Shown: positions 52,352-62,357 of the stretch, one piece after another
Position numbering within the stretch: the stretch's first letter is position 1
Layout of the letters: every line of letters starts with the position of its first letter
NCBI GenBank assembly: GCA_041907025.1
Contig: JAYRIB010000062.1
Coordinates: 1 to 62,357, forward strand
DNA: 62,357 nucleotides
From: Candidatus Saccharimonadia bacterium
GTDB taxonomy: Bacteria > Patescibacteriota > Saccharimonadia > CAILAD01 > JADZBC01
Reading direction: 5' to 3'
Translations under genes and position numbers: made by a program
Notes under the pieces: model-generated
What the model saw: only the letters and a program-made list of their open reading frames with translations
What the model was told of the DNA's origin: nothing
Databases searched by the model: none

Positions 52352-53734
52352 ATGTCTGACGTACGTCGTCCTCAGACTGAGACTATTGTAGCTCTCTCCA
52401 CACCACACGGCCGGGGAGCGATCGCTATTATTCGCTTGAGTGGCCCACAGGCGCTACCAATCGTACAATCGTTCTGGCGGGGCAGTAAGCCGCTCGAACA
52501 TCTTGAGCCACGAAAGCTCTATGGCGGCTGGGTGGTTATTGGCGGTGCTCGGCTTGATAGTTGCCTAGTTGCAACCAGTCAGGCCCCACGTTCATATACG
52601 GGGGAGGATATGGTGGAGCTGCAGGCCCACGGTTCACCCGCTGTCATCCAGGCCACGTTAGCTGCCGCTCTCAAGGCTGGCGCCCGGTTAGCAGAGCCAG
52701 GTGAGTTCACACGGCGAGCCCTGCTAAACGGTAAGCTCGACGTCACCCAGGCCGAAGCGGTGGCCGATCTTGTTGAAGCTGAGAGCACAAAACTTGTGCG
52801 TTTAGCGGCCGACCAATTGGCTGGGGGATTGTCGCACACAATTATTACTCTGGTTGAAAAAATTGTATCCATTGCGGCGCAGGAGGCTGCCTACCTCGAC
52901 TTTAGTGAGGAGGACATCGCTAGTGAGAATAGTGAAGCCTTGCGCGAACGCATAACGGAGTGCACACATGAACTTCAGAAGATGCTCGATTACTCGGTTA
53001 ACATTCCATTACTTCGTGATGGAGTAAGGATTGCCCTGATTGGTCTGCCGAACGCTGGCAAATCAACACTCCTTAATACCTTGGTTGGGTTTGAACGTTC
53101 CATTGTCACCGACGTGGCCGGCACTACTCGAGACACAATCGACGAGCGTATTATGCTTGGTGACGTGCCAGCCCGGATCACGGATACCGCTGGACTAAAC
53201 TTGCGACCCGACGCCGTTGAGGCGATTGGGATTGAGCGCACCCACCGTACGGTGGGGCAGACGGACATCGCGATGGTGCTTGTGGCGCCTGGCCAGCTGA
53301 CCGCGACAGAAGAATACTTAAAGACTCAAAAGCTGGTGAAACTTCTGAGGCCTGAGAACACGATATGTATTTTCACCAAGATAGATCTTGGAGAACCTGA
53401 CCATCAGAGGGTGGACTGGGCTCACCAGATCTGTAGCATCTCAGCCACCACTGGCGTGGGCATAGAAGATCTTAAGGCAATCCTGGCTGCCCAAGTGAAT
53501 GTGGCGAATAGCGAAGAAGCCACGGCTCTGACTACGCAGCGTCAGGTTGAACTAGCTCGCGCATCCAAAAACCGCCTTAATCAGGCGCTTAAGCTATTGG
53601 ACGACAACGCACCTAGAGATGTTGTGTTAGTTGAGCTCGAGGCTGCCGCTAAGGAACTCACCCGTATTACTGGGGTGGACACCAACGACGCTATGCTCGA
53701 TGACATGTTCAGCCGCTTTTGCATTGGTAAGTAG
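52352..53734 (+). CDS. mnmE: tRNA modification GTPase MnmE
   Basis: 460 aa. G1 GLPNAGKSTLLN, G3 DTAG, G4 TKIDL, and the C-terminal FCIGK. Confidence 0.92.
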   Translation: MSDVRRPQTETIVALSTPHGRGAIAIIRLSGPQALPIVQSFWRGSKPLEHLEPRKLYGGWVVIGGARLDSCLVATSQAPRSYTGEDMVELQAHGSPAVIQATLAAALKAGARLAEPGEFTRRALLNGKLDVTQAEAVADLVEAESTKLVRLAADQLAGGLSHTIITLVEKIVSIAAQEAAYLDFSEEDIASENSEALRERITECTHELQKMLDYSVNIPLLRDGVRIALIGLPNAGKSTLLNTLVGFERSIVTDVAGTTRDTIDERIMLGDVPARITDTAGLNLRPDAVEAIGIERTHRTVGQTDIAMVLVAPGQLTATEEYLKTQKLVKLLRPENTICIFTKIDLGEPDHQRVDWAHQICSISATTGVGIEDLKAILAAQVNVANSEEATALTTQRQVELARASKNRLNQALKLLDDNAPRDVVLVELEAAAKELTRITGVDTNDAMLDDMFSRFCIGK

Positions 53735-53790
53735 TTCGCTATGAAAAACAACCATAAGTAGTTATACTTAAGCTAAATTGTGGAGGCAAG

Positions 53791-55317
53791 GTGAGTATGG
53801 GTAGGGTGAGGCTGTTTAGTGGGTTACAGCGCTGTCTATCTATGCTCGTAACCTTAGGGGCGCTCGTCACGATCCTCGCTCCACAGCCCGCAGCCGCCTT
53901 TAGTGGTAGTGGCGCCGGCACAGCTGGAGACCCGTTTGAGATAAACAGCTGCGCTGAGTTATTGGAAATATCAAACAACCTCGCCGCTTATTATGAGTTA
54001 GTCGATGACGTAGACTGCACCGGCACCAGCTATACGCCAATTGGTACGAGCGGTAGCCCCTTCATCGGTAGCTTAGATGGTAACCTGCAGACCATCTCGC
54101 ACGTTTCGTTATCGAGCGGTAGTAGTCTCGGAGTCTTTGGTTACACCACTGGCGCAACCTTGAAGAATCTCAAGTTGTCTTTTGTCAGTGTGTCTGGCTC
54201 GAACACTACTGGCTCGCTGGTTGGTAGCCCGACTGATGGGATTATAAGCAACGTCCGCGCAGATAGCACTAACTCAGTAATAAGTTCATCAGGAAGTGCC
54301 GGCGGCTTAATCGGTATCGCATATGGCACCCTGCAGTTATCTAAGAGTTACTATAATGGCACCGTTGAGTCAGTTGGGGCCGGCTATATCGGCGGCTTAG
54401 TCTCCCGATTACAAGGCAATGTTGTAATAAGCGATAGCTACAGTACAGCAACCATCATCACAAACAGCAACAGTTACGCTGGCGGCTTGGTCGGAGCGAA
54501 CTTGTCTGGCAGCCCGCAGGTGCTCAGGTCTTATGCGGCGGTTACGTTTAACGGTATGGGGACATATAATGGTGGCCTGATCGGAGGCTTCTTTGGTGGT
54601 TTGGTGCAGGACTCTTTCTCTGCTTCGGATATGAGCTCGGCGGCTGGAACACTCTCAGGAGCTATGTTTGGGGTCGGTGATGGCATAAGTACTAACAACT
54701 ACTTTGATCAAACTTTGGCAAATCGATCTGGCTGTACTGGCAATGGCGCGGCAGCGTGTACCGCGGTAAACGTGGCAAATGCTGATCCAAACTACTTTAA
54801 AAGTAACCATACGAACGCACCACTCGATACCTGGAACTTCGACTACTTCTGGAGCAATGTGGGTACACTGCCCACCTTTTCCATGTTTGGCGCCGCTCAG
54901 GTCGGCAATATTGAATCAACTAGCTCAACTATTACCTTCGTTTGGCAGCTTGTAGGCTTATCCGGCTCGGGAGCTATGAGTGGCCAAGAGCTACGTTATC
55001 GGGTAGTAGGGTCTGATTCCGCTTGGACGTACCTTAGCCTCAACGCTTCAAGTGGTACTACAACGCTTTCTAATCTCGTGGCCAGCAGTAGCTATGAAGT
55101 ACAGATGAGACTAGCTTTTGCTAATGCTGGCACGACCGACTGGCTAGACGGTGCATTCACAGCCTCTACTCAAGTTGCTCCAGCAGTCGCTACCCCTATT
55201 ACGGCCGAGTCCTTGGCCACGACAGGGGACGATGCGAGACTACTTACAATCATTGCGGGGTTGCTCGCACTCAGTTCGGCTTCATTGGGGTTGGTTCTGG
55301 CCCGCCAGAATTCTTAG
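53791..55317 (+). CDS. Cell-wall-anchored surface protein: GLUG-type repeats, FN3-like domain and an LAxTG sorting signal
   Basis: Signal peptide; repeated GG(L/I)(V/I)G motifs (AGGLIGIAYG, IGGLVSRLQG, AGGLVGANLSG, NGGLIGGFFGG). The C-terminus LATTG plus hydrophobic stretch plus RQNS is a sortase signal. Start at GTG 53791 or ATG 53797. Confidence 0.7.
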   Translation: MSMGRVRLFSGLQRCLSMLVTLGALVTILAPQPAAAFSGSGAGTAGDPFEINSCAELLEISNNLAAYYELVDDVDCTGTSYTPIGTSGSPFIGSLDGNLQTISHVSLSSGSSLGVFGYTTGATLKNLKLSFVSVSGSNTTGSLVGSPTDGIISNVRADSTNSVISSSGSAGGLIGIAYGTLQLSKSYYNGTVESVGAGYIGGLVSRLQGNVVISDSYSTATIITNSNSYAGGLVGANLSGSPQVLRSYAAVTFNGMGTYNGGLIGGFFGGLVQDSFSASDMSSAAGTLSGAMFGVGDGISTNNYFDQTLANRSGCTGNGAAACTAVNVANADPNYFKSNHTNAPLDTWNFDYFWSNVGTLPTFSMFGAAQVGNIESTSSTITFVWQLVGLSGSGAMSGQELRYRVVGSDSAWTYLSLNASSGTTTLSNLVASSSYEVQMRLAFANAGTTDWLDGAFTASTQVAPAVATPITAESLATTGDDARLLTIIAGLLALSSASLGLVLARQNS

Positions 55318-55383
55318 ATTGCTTCTTCCTGGAATAAGTCTCCTTGCTCGTCTCGCAAGTAGTTGTGACGATCAATTGTTAGA

Positions 55384-56514
55384 TTAATTTGGCATAATCC
55401 TTCTAAACCAGCCGCGATTAATCACAAACCATAGAATGTATACCAGTGCTCCGGACATGATCGTGTTGGCTACGAAGTTGGTCTTCGCAATAAAGATTGA
55501 TGCTAAGAATATAAGGTAGGCTTGCACGATGTAGGTCCGTAAGGATTGTTGACCAAAAAGTAACAGAAGCTTACCAAAGTACTTTGTTATTTTCTTTTCG
55601 TATCTAGTGAAGAGTACGAAAGCACCAGCTCCAATGAGAACAAACAGAACTATCCGCAAGACACCAGTGCGCTGGTTCATAAGCAGCGGCTGGAGTGTAG
55701 TTTGATCGAAACCCCCGACCTTTTCTCCGCTGCTCTTGAGTACTTCTTGGGTAAACAAAGGTAGTTTATCGACAAGCTTCACTATTACTTTAGAGTAGTA
55801 CATGAAGAAGTAGTTAAGCAGGAGGAGTGACGCACTAAGAACTAACAAGGCTGTTCCAGCTCGCTGCCGAAACTCGTGAGGCAACAACAGCACACGGGCT
55901 TTAATTTCTCCATAGTAGTAGCCAAAGACTAATTCAAACACAAAGTAGCTACCCCAATAGAAGTGATAGCTATACATTCCCCAGTCAACAATTCTTGGTT
56001 CAAACCAGCTTATTGCTCCAATCGCTAAAACAAACCACCACAGGTTGTATCGTAAAGCATAAAGCAGGGGGATGGCGGCAAGCAGAAACAGCACGTAATA
56101 GGGCAGAAAGTCAGCAAAGCCGTACGTGTATTGCAACAAGCTGGTTCTAATTGTGGTTGCTAGATCAAGACTCGTTGCAAATCCAGGCTTAACGAGCGCT
56201 TGTAGGTTGTCCGGCAGTGCAACCGCTGCGACGGTAAGACTGAGGGTGACTACTATAGTCGTAATATATAAGATGAATGCGCGGCGGATGAGCTTCTTTC
56301 TGGTTGTACTGCCGCTGTCTCTCTTTCGAACTAATCCAACCATCATGCCGGATAGAAAAAAGAATCCTTCGGCAGCGCTAACCCAAAACAGATTGCGCCC
56401 GGTTATAAATTGAAACAGCGATGGCGACAACGCAAGGTGATTTATGAAGATAACAAAAATGAGATACCCGCGCAGCAGGTCAAAACTTACTATTCTCTTA
56501 AAGGTTGTTGTCAC
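55384..56514 (-). CDS. Polytopic acyltransferase-3/OpgC-like membrane protein
   Basis: 376 aa with about 10 TM helices. The N-terminal SFDLLRGYLIFVIFINH is typical of the acyltransferase-3/OpgC/DUF1624 group. Confidence 0.65.
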   Translation of the reverse strand: MTTTFKRIVSFDLLRGYLIFVIFINHLALSPSLFQFITGRNLFWVSAAEGFFFLSGMMVGLVRKRDSGSTTRKKLIRRAFILYITTIVVTLSLTVAAVALPDNLQALVKPGFATSLDLATTIRTSLLQYTYGFADFLPYYVLFLLAAIPLLYALRYNLWWFVLAIGAISWFEPRIVDWGMYSYHFYWGSYFVFELVFGYYYGEIKARVLLLPHEFRQRAGTALLVLSASLLLLNYFFMYYSKVIVKLVDKLPLFTQEVLKSSGEKVGGFDQTTLQPLLMNQRTGVLRIVLFVLIGAGAFVLFTRYEKKITKYFGKLLLLFGQQSLRTYIVQAYLIFLASIFIAKTNFVANTIMSGALVYILWFVINRGWFRRIMPN

Positions 56515-56583
56515 CCTCCTCGTCCCCTGTATTGTGATTACTATATAACGCGGGGCGTTAGCTTAGCAACAGGTTGGGGTGGC

Positions 56584-58446
56584 CTATTCTTCGGCAACTG
56601 GATAATCAAGCGCGGATTTGTAGTAGGTGTTAAAGGTATCTGTCTTCGTTACTTGGCCGCCTACCAATACATCCCGGTAGAAGACGGTATGCGATGGTTT
56701 GTTTACGTCTGAATCACCAGTTACAAAGAATGGTCCACGAATCACACCTTCCTTCTTCTTCGTGCCGTAGAATCTAAATTTGAGCGTTGTACCAACCATC
56801 TCGGTTTGAATCAGGATGTGGGCATCGGTGTCATTACGGAACTTAAAGTCGACTGGTGGATAGTAAATGGTCGCATCAACTCCGGGCACACCGTAGGGCG
56901 CGGTGTAGTAACTAATAGCAAAGGCGTGGTTGGTGCGCTCGAGAATTGGCAGGCCAGCCATCAAGGCAGCTCGAAAGGCGGTAGACGATACCTGGCACAA
57001 GCCGCCACCATAGTCTTCTACTTCTCGGTCCGCTAGGATGATCAAACTCTTTTTATAACCTTGTTCTGGTCCTACCGCACCAAGTAACTTACCAAACGAG
57101 AATGCCTCGCCGGGCTTGAGGAGCACTCCGTTGTAGCGGGCAGCGCCGACGCGCACGTTTGTGAGGCGATTAGCAGACGAACCAGGGAAGTAACTGGCAC
57201 CTTCGCTCAAGAGCTCTTTGATGCCGAGGTTATTAATGCTCTCTTCGTTCACAGTTGGCTTCAGTATGGCTACATTCATAGCAACACTGCGCTCAGCCTC
57301 GGTAGATTTGAGTGAAGCCAGGATGGCGTCACGGGTTTTGGCGACTTCTAGTTTACGACCATCTTTACTGGCTACAAATATAGTCGCACGGCCCTCGGTT
57401 ACATTCAGTTGAGCGTCGACCGCGGCAGAATCAACCTCCTTACTAATCGTTGTTAAGAACGAATCAATAGCACCGCTGTCGAAGTCGAGGTTGGTAGTGG
57501 TCTCGAGCGCAGGGTAGGCTTCGGTTACTAAGCTTCTGGCATAGACGGCAGCTTCAGGGCTGCGCGTGGAGTGGAGCCAACTAAGCGTTGTGGTTGGTTC
57601 AACCGCCCAGGTCTTGTCGGCAAAGCTAAGTTGTAAGGGCTTGGCAATGTAGCTCTGCGCTAAATCCTTGTTAGCTTCTAGGGTGGTGTTATCTACTGCC
57701 GGGTCCGTGCGTGCCAACACCACCTGAACTGGCTCATCACTTAGTTGAGACACGCGGTCATAAAAGGCGAGTCCGAGAGCGGCGAGGTCGAGCCGCGTTC
57801 CGGCTTGACCATTAACAAAAGTAACAGCGCCATCTTTGGCCTCGTAACGTACATTCACGCTCGGAGTGGCAACCTCGTTATTTAGCGCAATAGCCTGGTT
57901 GGCTAAGGCTTCAGCGTTAAAACTAAGTTGAGCTTCTTCCCGGCCTCGCATGCCAAGCAGTAATGCCCACTGGGTTCTTACTTGCTCGAGCGTAGAACCC
58001 TCACGACCTTGCCGCATCAAGCCTTCAACAAGCTTTGGGTTATCATAGCGTAAACCGATGTCAGCGGGCTTAAGGGTTACTGTCTTTGACTCGGTTTGTA
58101 TCAAGATAGGTTGCTTCGCGTATGCTTCAGACTCTTTAGCTAGTAACTCCGTGGCCGCTTGCGTACTTAGGCCACCCAGGTAGGTGCCGTGACCCCACAC
58201 GCCAGGGTAGAGGCGGTTAGCGTATGCAACGCGCAAGCTCACCGTCGTTAAGCCGAAAAGTAGAACAAAGCCAATGCTTATGTAGATGAGTTTATGTGTG
58301 AAGCTCACATTCTTGCGTGTTGGTAGTACGAAGGTGTCCTCTGTGTCTGTGCTGGTTTTGGTCGACGGTTTAGCAACCGGTTTCTTTACGGCTTTTGGAG
58401 TCGGTGACTTAGGGTTGGATGATTGCTTGGTTGCCATTGCTACCAA
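56584..58446 (-). CDS. VanW-family protein (YoaR-like), membrane-anchored
   Basis: 620 aa with an N-terminal TM helix. C-terminal VanW core: PGEAFSFGKLLG...GGGLCQVSSTAFRAALMAGLPILERTNH. Confidence 0.8.
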   Translation of the reverse strand: MVAMATKQSSNPKSPTPKAVKKPVAKPSTKTSTDTEDTFVLPTRKNVSFTHKLIYISIGFVLLFGLTTVSLRVAYANRLYPGVWGHGTYLGGLSTQAATELLAKESEAYAKQPILIQTESKTVTLKPADIGLRYDNPKLVEGLMRQGREGSTLEQVRTQWALLLGMRGREEAQLSFNAEALANQAIALNNEVATPSVNVRYEAKDGAVTFVNGQAGTRLDLAALGLAFYDRVSQLSDEPVQVVLARTDPAVDNTTLEANKDLAQSYIAKPLQLSFADKTWAVEPTTTLSWLHSTRSPEAAVYARSLVTEAYPALETTTNLDFDSGAIDSFLTTISKEVDSAAVDAQLNVTEGRATIFVASKDGRKLEVAKTRDAILASLKSTEAERSVAMNVAILKPTVNEESINNLGIKELLSEGASYFPGSSANRLTNVRVGAARYNGVLLKPGEAFSFGKLLGAVGPEQGYKKSLIILADREVEDYGGGLCQVSSTAFRAALMAGLPILERTNHAFAISYYTAPYGVPGVDATIYYPPVDFKFRNDTDAHILIQTEMVGTTLKFRFYGTKKKEGVIRGPFFVTGDSDVNKPSHTVFYRDVLVGGQVTKTDTFNTYYKSALDYPVAEE

Positions 58447-58520
58447 TTATATACTGTTGTGGACTAATTCGGCAGAGTTTCGTGATGATTCCAGATGACA
58501 GCAGTACTGGCAACTGATAA

Positions 58521-60383
<1,863 letters not shown>

Positions 60384-60391
<8 letters not shown>

Positions 60392-61430
60392 GTTGCTCAA
60401 GAGCCTTTTTAATATCCTGCGCTCTACGCTTGTGGCAAACGAGGGTGCCATTTGGAGTATCAATTACCACGATGTCGCGCAGCCCAATAGTGATTACTGG
60501 TTTATTGGTGTTAGTACTCACTACCAAGCAGCCATCACAGTCTAGGAGGCTAGATTCGTTGCCATTCGTGCGAACCACATTGTCGTTAGCCGAACCAAGT
60601 ACCTCGTGCAAATCACTAAAGCTACCGATGTCCGCCCAACCAAAGGCGCCAGGCACTACCAGGAGTTTTGGCAGCTTCTCGATGAGCGCAGTATCAATTG
60701 GCTCGCTTGGCAGAGCCATATAGGTGGCATCAAGTCTGCTCTTGTCGTTTATCACGCCTACTAGACTCACAAAGCCGGCGTATAAATCCGGATTATGCTC
60801 TTGGCAGGCTTTTGTAAAGCTTTTAATTGGCCCAGCAAACAGGCCAAGATTCCATAAGTACTGTCCGCTACGTACATACTCGTCTGCCGTTGGCTGATCT
60901 GGCTTCTCTACAAAACTCTCAACTTCGAACACCTCGGCATCATTGAGACCTTCAGCGCGTTCGCCCATTTTGATGTAACCAAAGCCGGTAGCAGGGTAGG
61001 TGGGGTTGAGGCCAATGAGGCTAATGGTGTTCTTTTGCTTGGCGCTCTTACTCGCAAGCTTAACAGCATCGCTAAAGAGCTTAGTGTTGGTAATGTGATG
61101 GTCAGCGTGCAAAAACGCTACATCCTCATCCTCCCCATACTTGGCTTGGAGCTTTGCTAGGGCAAGGAGTACACACGATGCGGTGCCACGTCGGCCAGGC
61201 TCTACGAACAAATTCTCCTCGGTAAGTTCCGGCAAGTGCTCTAGTATCTGATCAGCATGCGATTGCTCGGGGATAATGTAGATCTTATCAGTTAACTTGC
61301 TTACCCGTTCATAGGTGTTGCGTAGTAGGGACTTCTCGTTCGTAAGCGAGAGCAAATGTTTGGGTTTATGGTTGGTGGACAGGGGCCAGAGCCGAGTTCC
61401 TTGGCCGCCTGCGACGATGACTATTATCAT
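60384..61430 (-). CDS. Mannose-1-phosphate guanylyltransferase-type sugar nucleotidyltransferase
   Basis: 348 aa. The N-terminal [14 protein letters not shown] is typical of ManC/CpsB-type NTP-transferases. No C-terminal isomerase cupin was recognised. Confidence 0.85.
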
Positions 61431-61493
61431 GTTTGGGATTATAGCACAAATAATCTCGACTTCTCGATGTAGCTTATGCTACAATGGGGTTAA

Positions 61494-62054
61494 ATGGGGG
61501 CATTAGATATGGGTACAAAAACAAACAAGAAACATCGCCAAAAGAACTTCAAAATTGCTGCAATTGTCGCGGGTGTTGTGCTGCTCGTTGGTGCTGGCTT
61601 TGCCTATAGGCCGTGGAAGAACGACAGAGACAGCAAAACAGCCGGAGTCGCCCAGGAAAAGAACAAGTCCCAAGCGGATACGACTAAATCAAGCACCAGC
61701 TCGGGCGGTGTGGTGGATAACAACGCCACAAAGACCAATACGCCAACAGCACCACAGCCTCAGCCTCAAGCGTCATCGGCCGCCATTATGCTTTCAAGCC
61801 CGGCGGATGGTGCACTCGTGACGAATGGCACCACGCTAAGCGGTACAGCTACGGTAGCTACCGTGCAATACCGCTTTAAGGATGCCGATGGACTCGATGT
61901 TGCGACTGGCGCACTCACGGTATCTGGTGGCAAGTACTCTGGCAGCGTGGCTGGGCTCAACGGCCGGACTAACGCTGGGACCCTCGAGGTATATAACTAC
62001 AATGCTAGCGGCGCGGAAGAAAATTGGGTAAAGATTAATGTGAGGTATAAATAA
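61494..62054 (+). CDS. Membrane-anchored hypothetical protein with an Ig-like C-terminal domain
   Basis: TM helix IAAIVAGVVLLVGAGFAY, a Ser/Thr/Pro-rich linker and a beta-rich C-terminus. TGCTACAAT lies 8 nt upstream of the ATG. Confidence 0.5.
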   Translation: MGALDMGTKTNKKHRQKNFKIAAIVAGVVLLVGAGFAYRPWKNDRDSKTAGVAQEKNKSQADTTKSSTSSGGVVDNNATKTNTPTAPQPQPQASSAAIMLSSPADGALVTNGTTLSGTATVATVQYRFKDADGLDVATGALTVSGGKYSGSVAGLNGRTNAGTLEVYNYNASGAEENWVKINVRYK

Positions 62055-62057
62055 CGT

Positions 62058-62357
62058 ATGAAGAGCATGCTTCGCAAATCAAAGTACTTATTAATCCCAC
62101 TGGTAATAGGCTTATTTATTATTGCTTCAGCCCCTAAGGCCCACGCTGCTTATACTGATAACAATATTATCGATGACAGTGTGTTCTTAAACTCAAACAG
62201 TATGTCGCAAACTGACATTCAGAACTTCCTGAATAGTAAAAGCGGTGCGATTAAGAACTATTCGGCTCCGAATACCGACCCTGGCCAAAACAACCGGATG
62301 ATGAGCGCTGCCGAGATCATCTATTTTACAAGTCAGTACGTAGGTATTAATCCGCGA
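62058..62357 (+). CDS. Secreted hypothetical protein, 5' fragment running off the right edge
   Basis: ATG at 62058. Signal peptide MKSMLRKSKYLLIPLVIGLFIIASAPKAHA. The frame stays open to the window end, and the ORF is not in the track. Confidence 0.5.
   Translation, partial: MKSMLRKSKYLLIPLVIGLFIIASAPKAHAAYTDNNIIDDSVFLNSNSMSQTDIQNFLNSKSGAIKNYSAPNTDPGQNNRMMSAAEIIYFTSQYVGINPR

Overview
This 62.4-kb chromosomal window spans the replication origin: recF-dnaN-dnaA on the minus strand, facing rpmH-rnpA-yidD-yidC-jag-mnmE on the plus strand. DnaA-box clusters lie on both sides of dnaA. The gene content looks like a small-genome monoderm. By inference only, it fits a CPR/Patescibacteria (Saccharibacteria-type) epibiont: tandem FemAB genes, VanW, an LAxTG-anchored surface protein, rfbAB, thioredoxin/CcdA, several leaderless genes, and a monoderm-type type IV secretion (T4SS)-like cluster with five pilin paralogs.

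Three things stand out.

1. The left 26 kb is a compositional mosaic. Ordinary housekeeping genes (PMM/PGM, tsaD, valS, tRNAs) are interrupted by many short, strongly GC3-rich ORFs and ORF-free GC-rich blocks. Each sits behind an AT-rich sigma70-like promoter, and most end in GC-rich hairpins. The densest stretch (about 14.56-26.03 kb) begins directly after a tRNA-Arg. No integrase or transposase is visible anywhere in the window.

2. That island contains a three-gene operon that I cannot assign to a known system: a PPDK/PEP-synthase-type dikinase (ATP-grasp plus swivel-His domain) whose C-terminal ~230 aa are not the PEP/pyruvate TIM barrel, a CX5R Cys-phosphatase, and a 120-aa unknown protein. 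A 44-nt perfect palindrome sits next to its RBS. The island also holds a 62-63-nt two-hairpin repeat in three copies, a stand-alone PurH IMP-cyclohydrolase domain, and a ~0.58-kb ORF-free unit bounded by a promoter and a terminator. A similar ~0.68-kb unit lies at 3.2-3.8 kb, outside the island. Two tRNA-Ser genes elsewhere in the left 26 kb carry 17-18-nt duplications of their own 3' ends about 125-145 bp downstream.

3. At 31.5-46 kb lies a T4SS-like cluster: five VirB2/TrbC-like pilin paralogs, VirB6-like, PrgI/VirB3-like and VirB4 genes, and two large peptidoglycan hydrolases. No coupling protein or relaxase is present in the window.

All functional calls come from motif recognition by eye. 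No database search was run.
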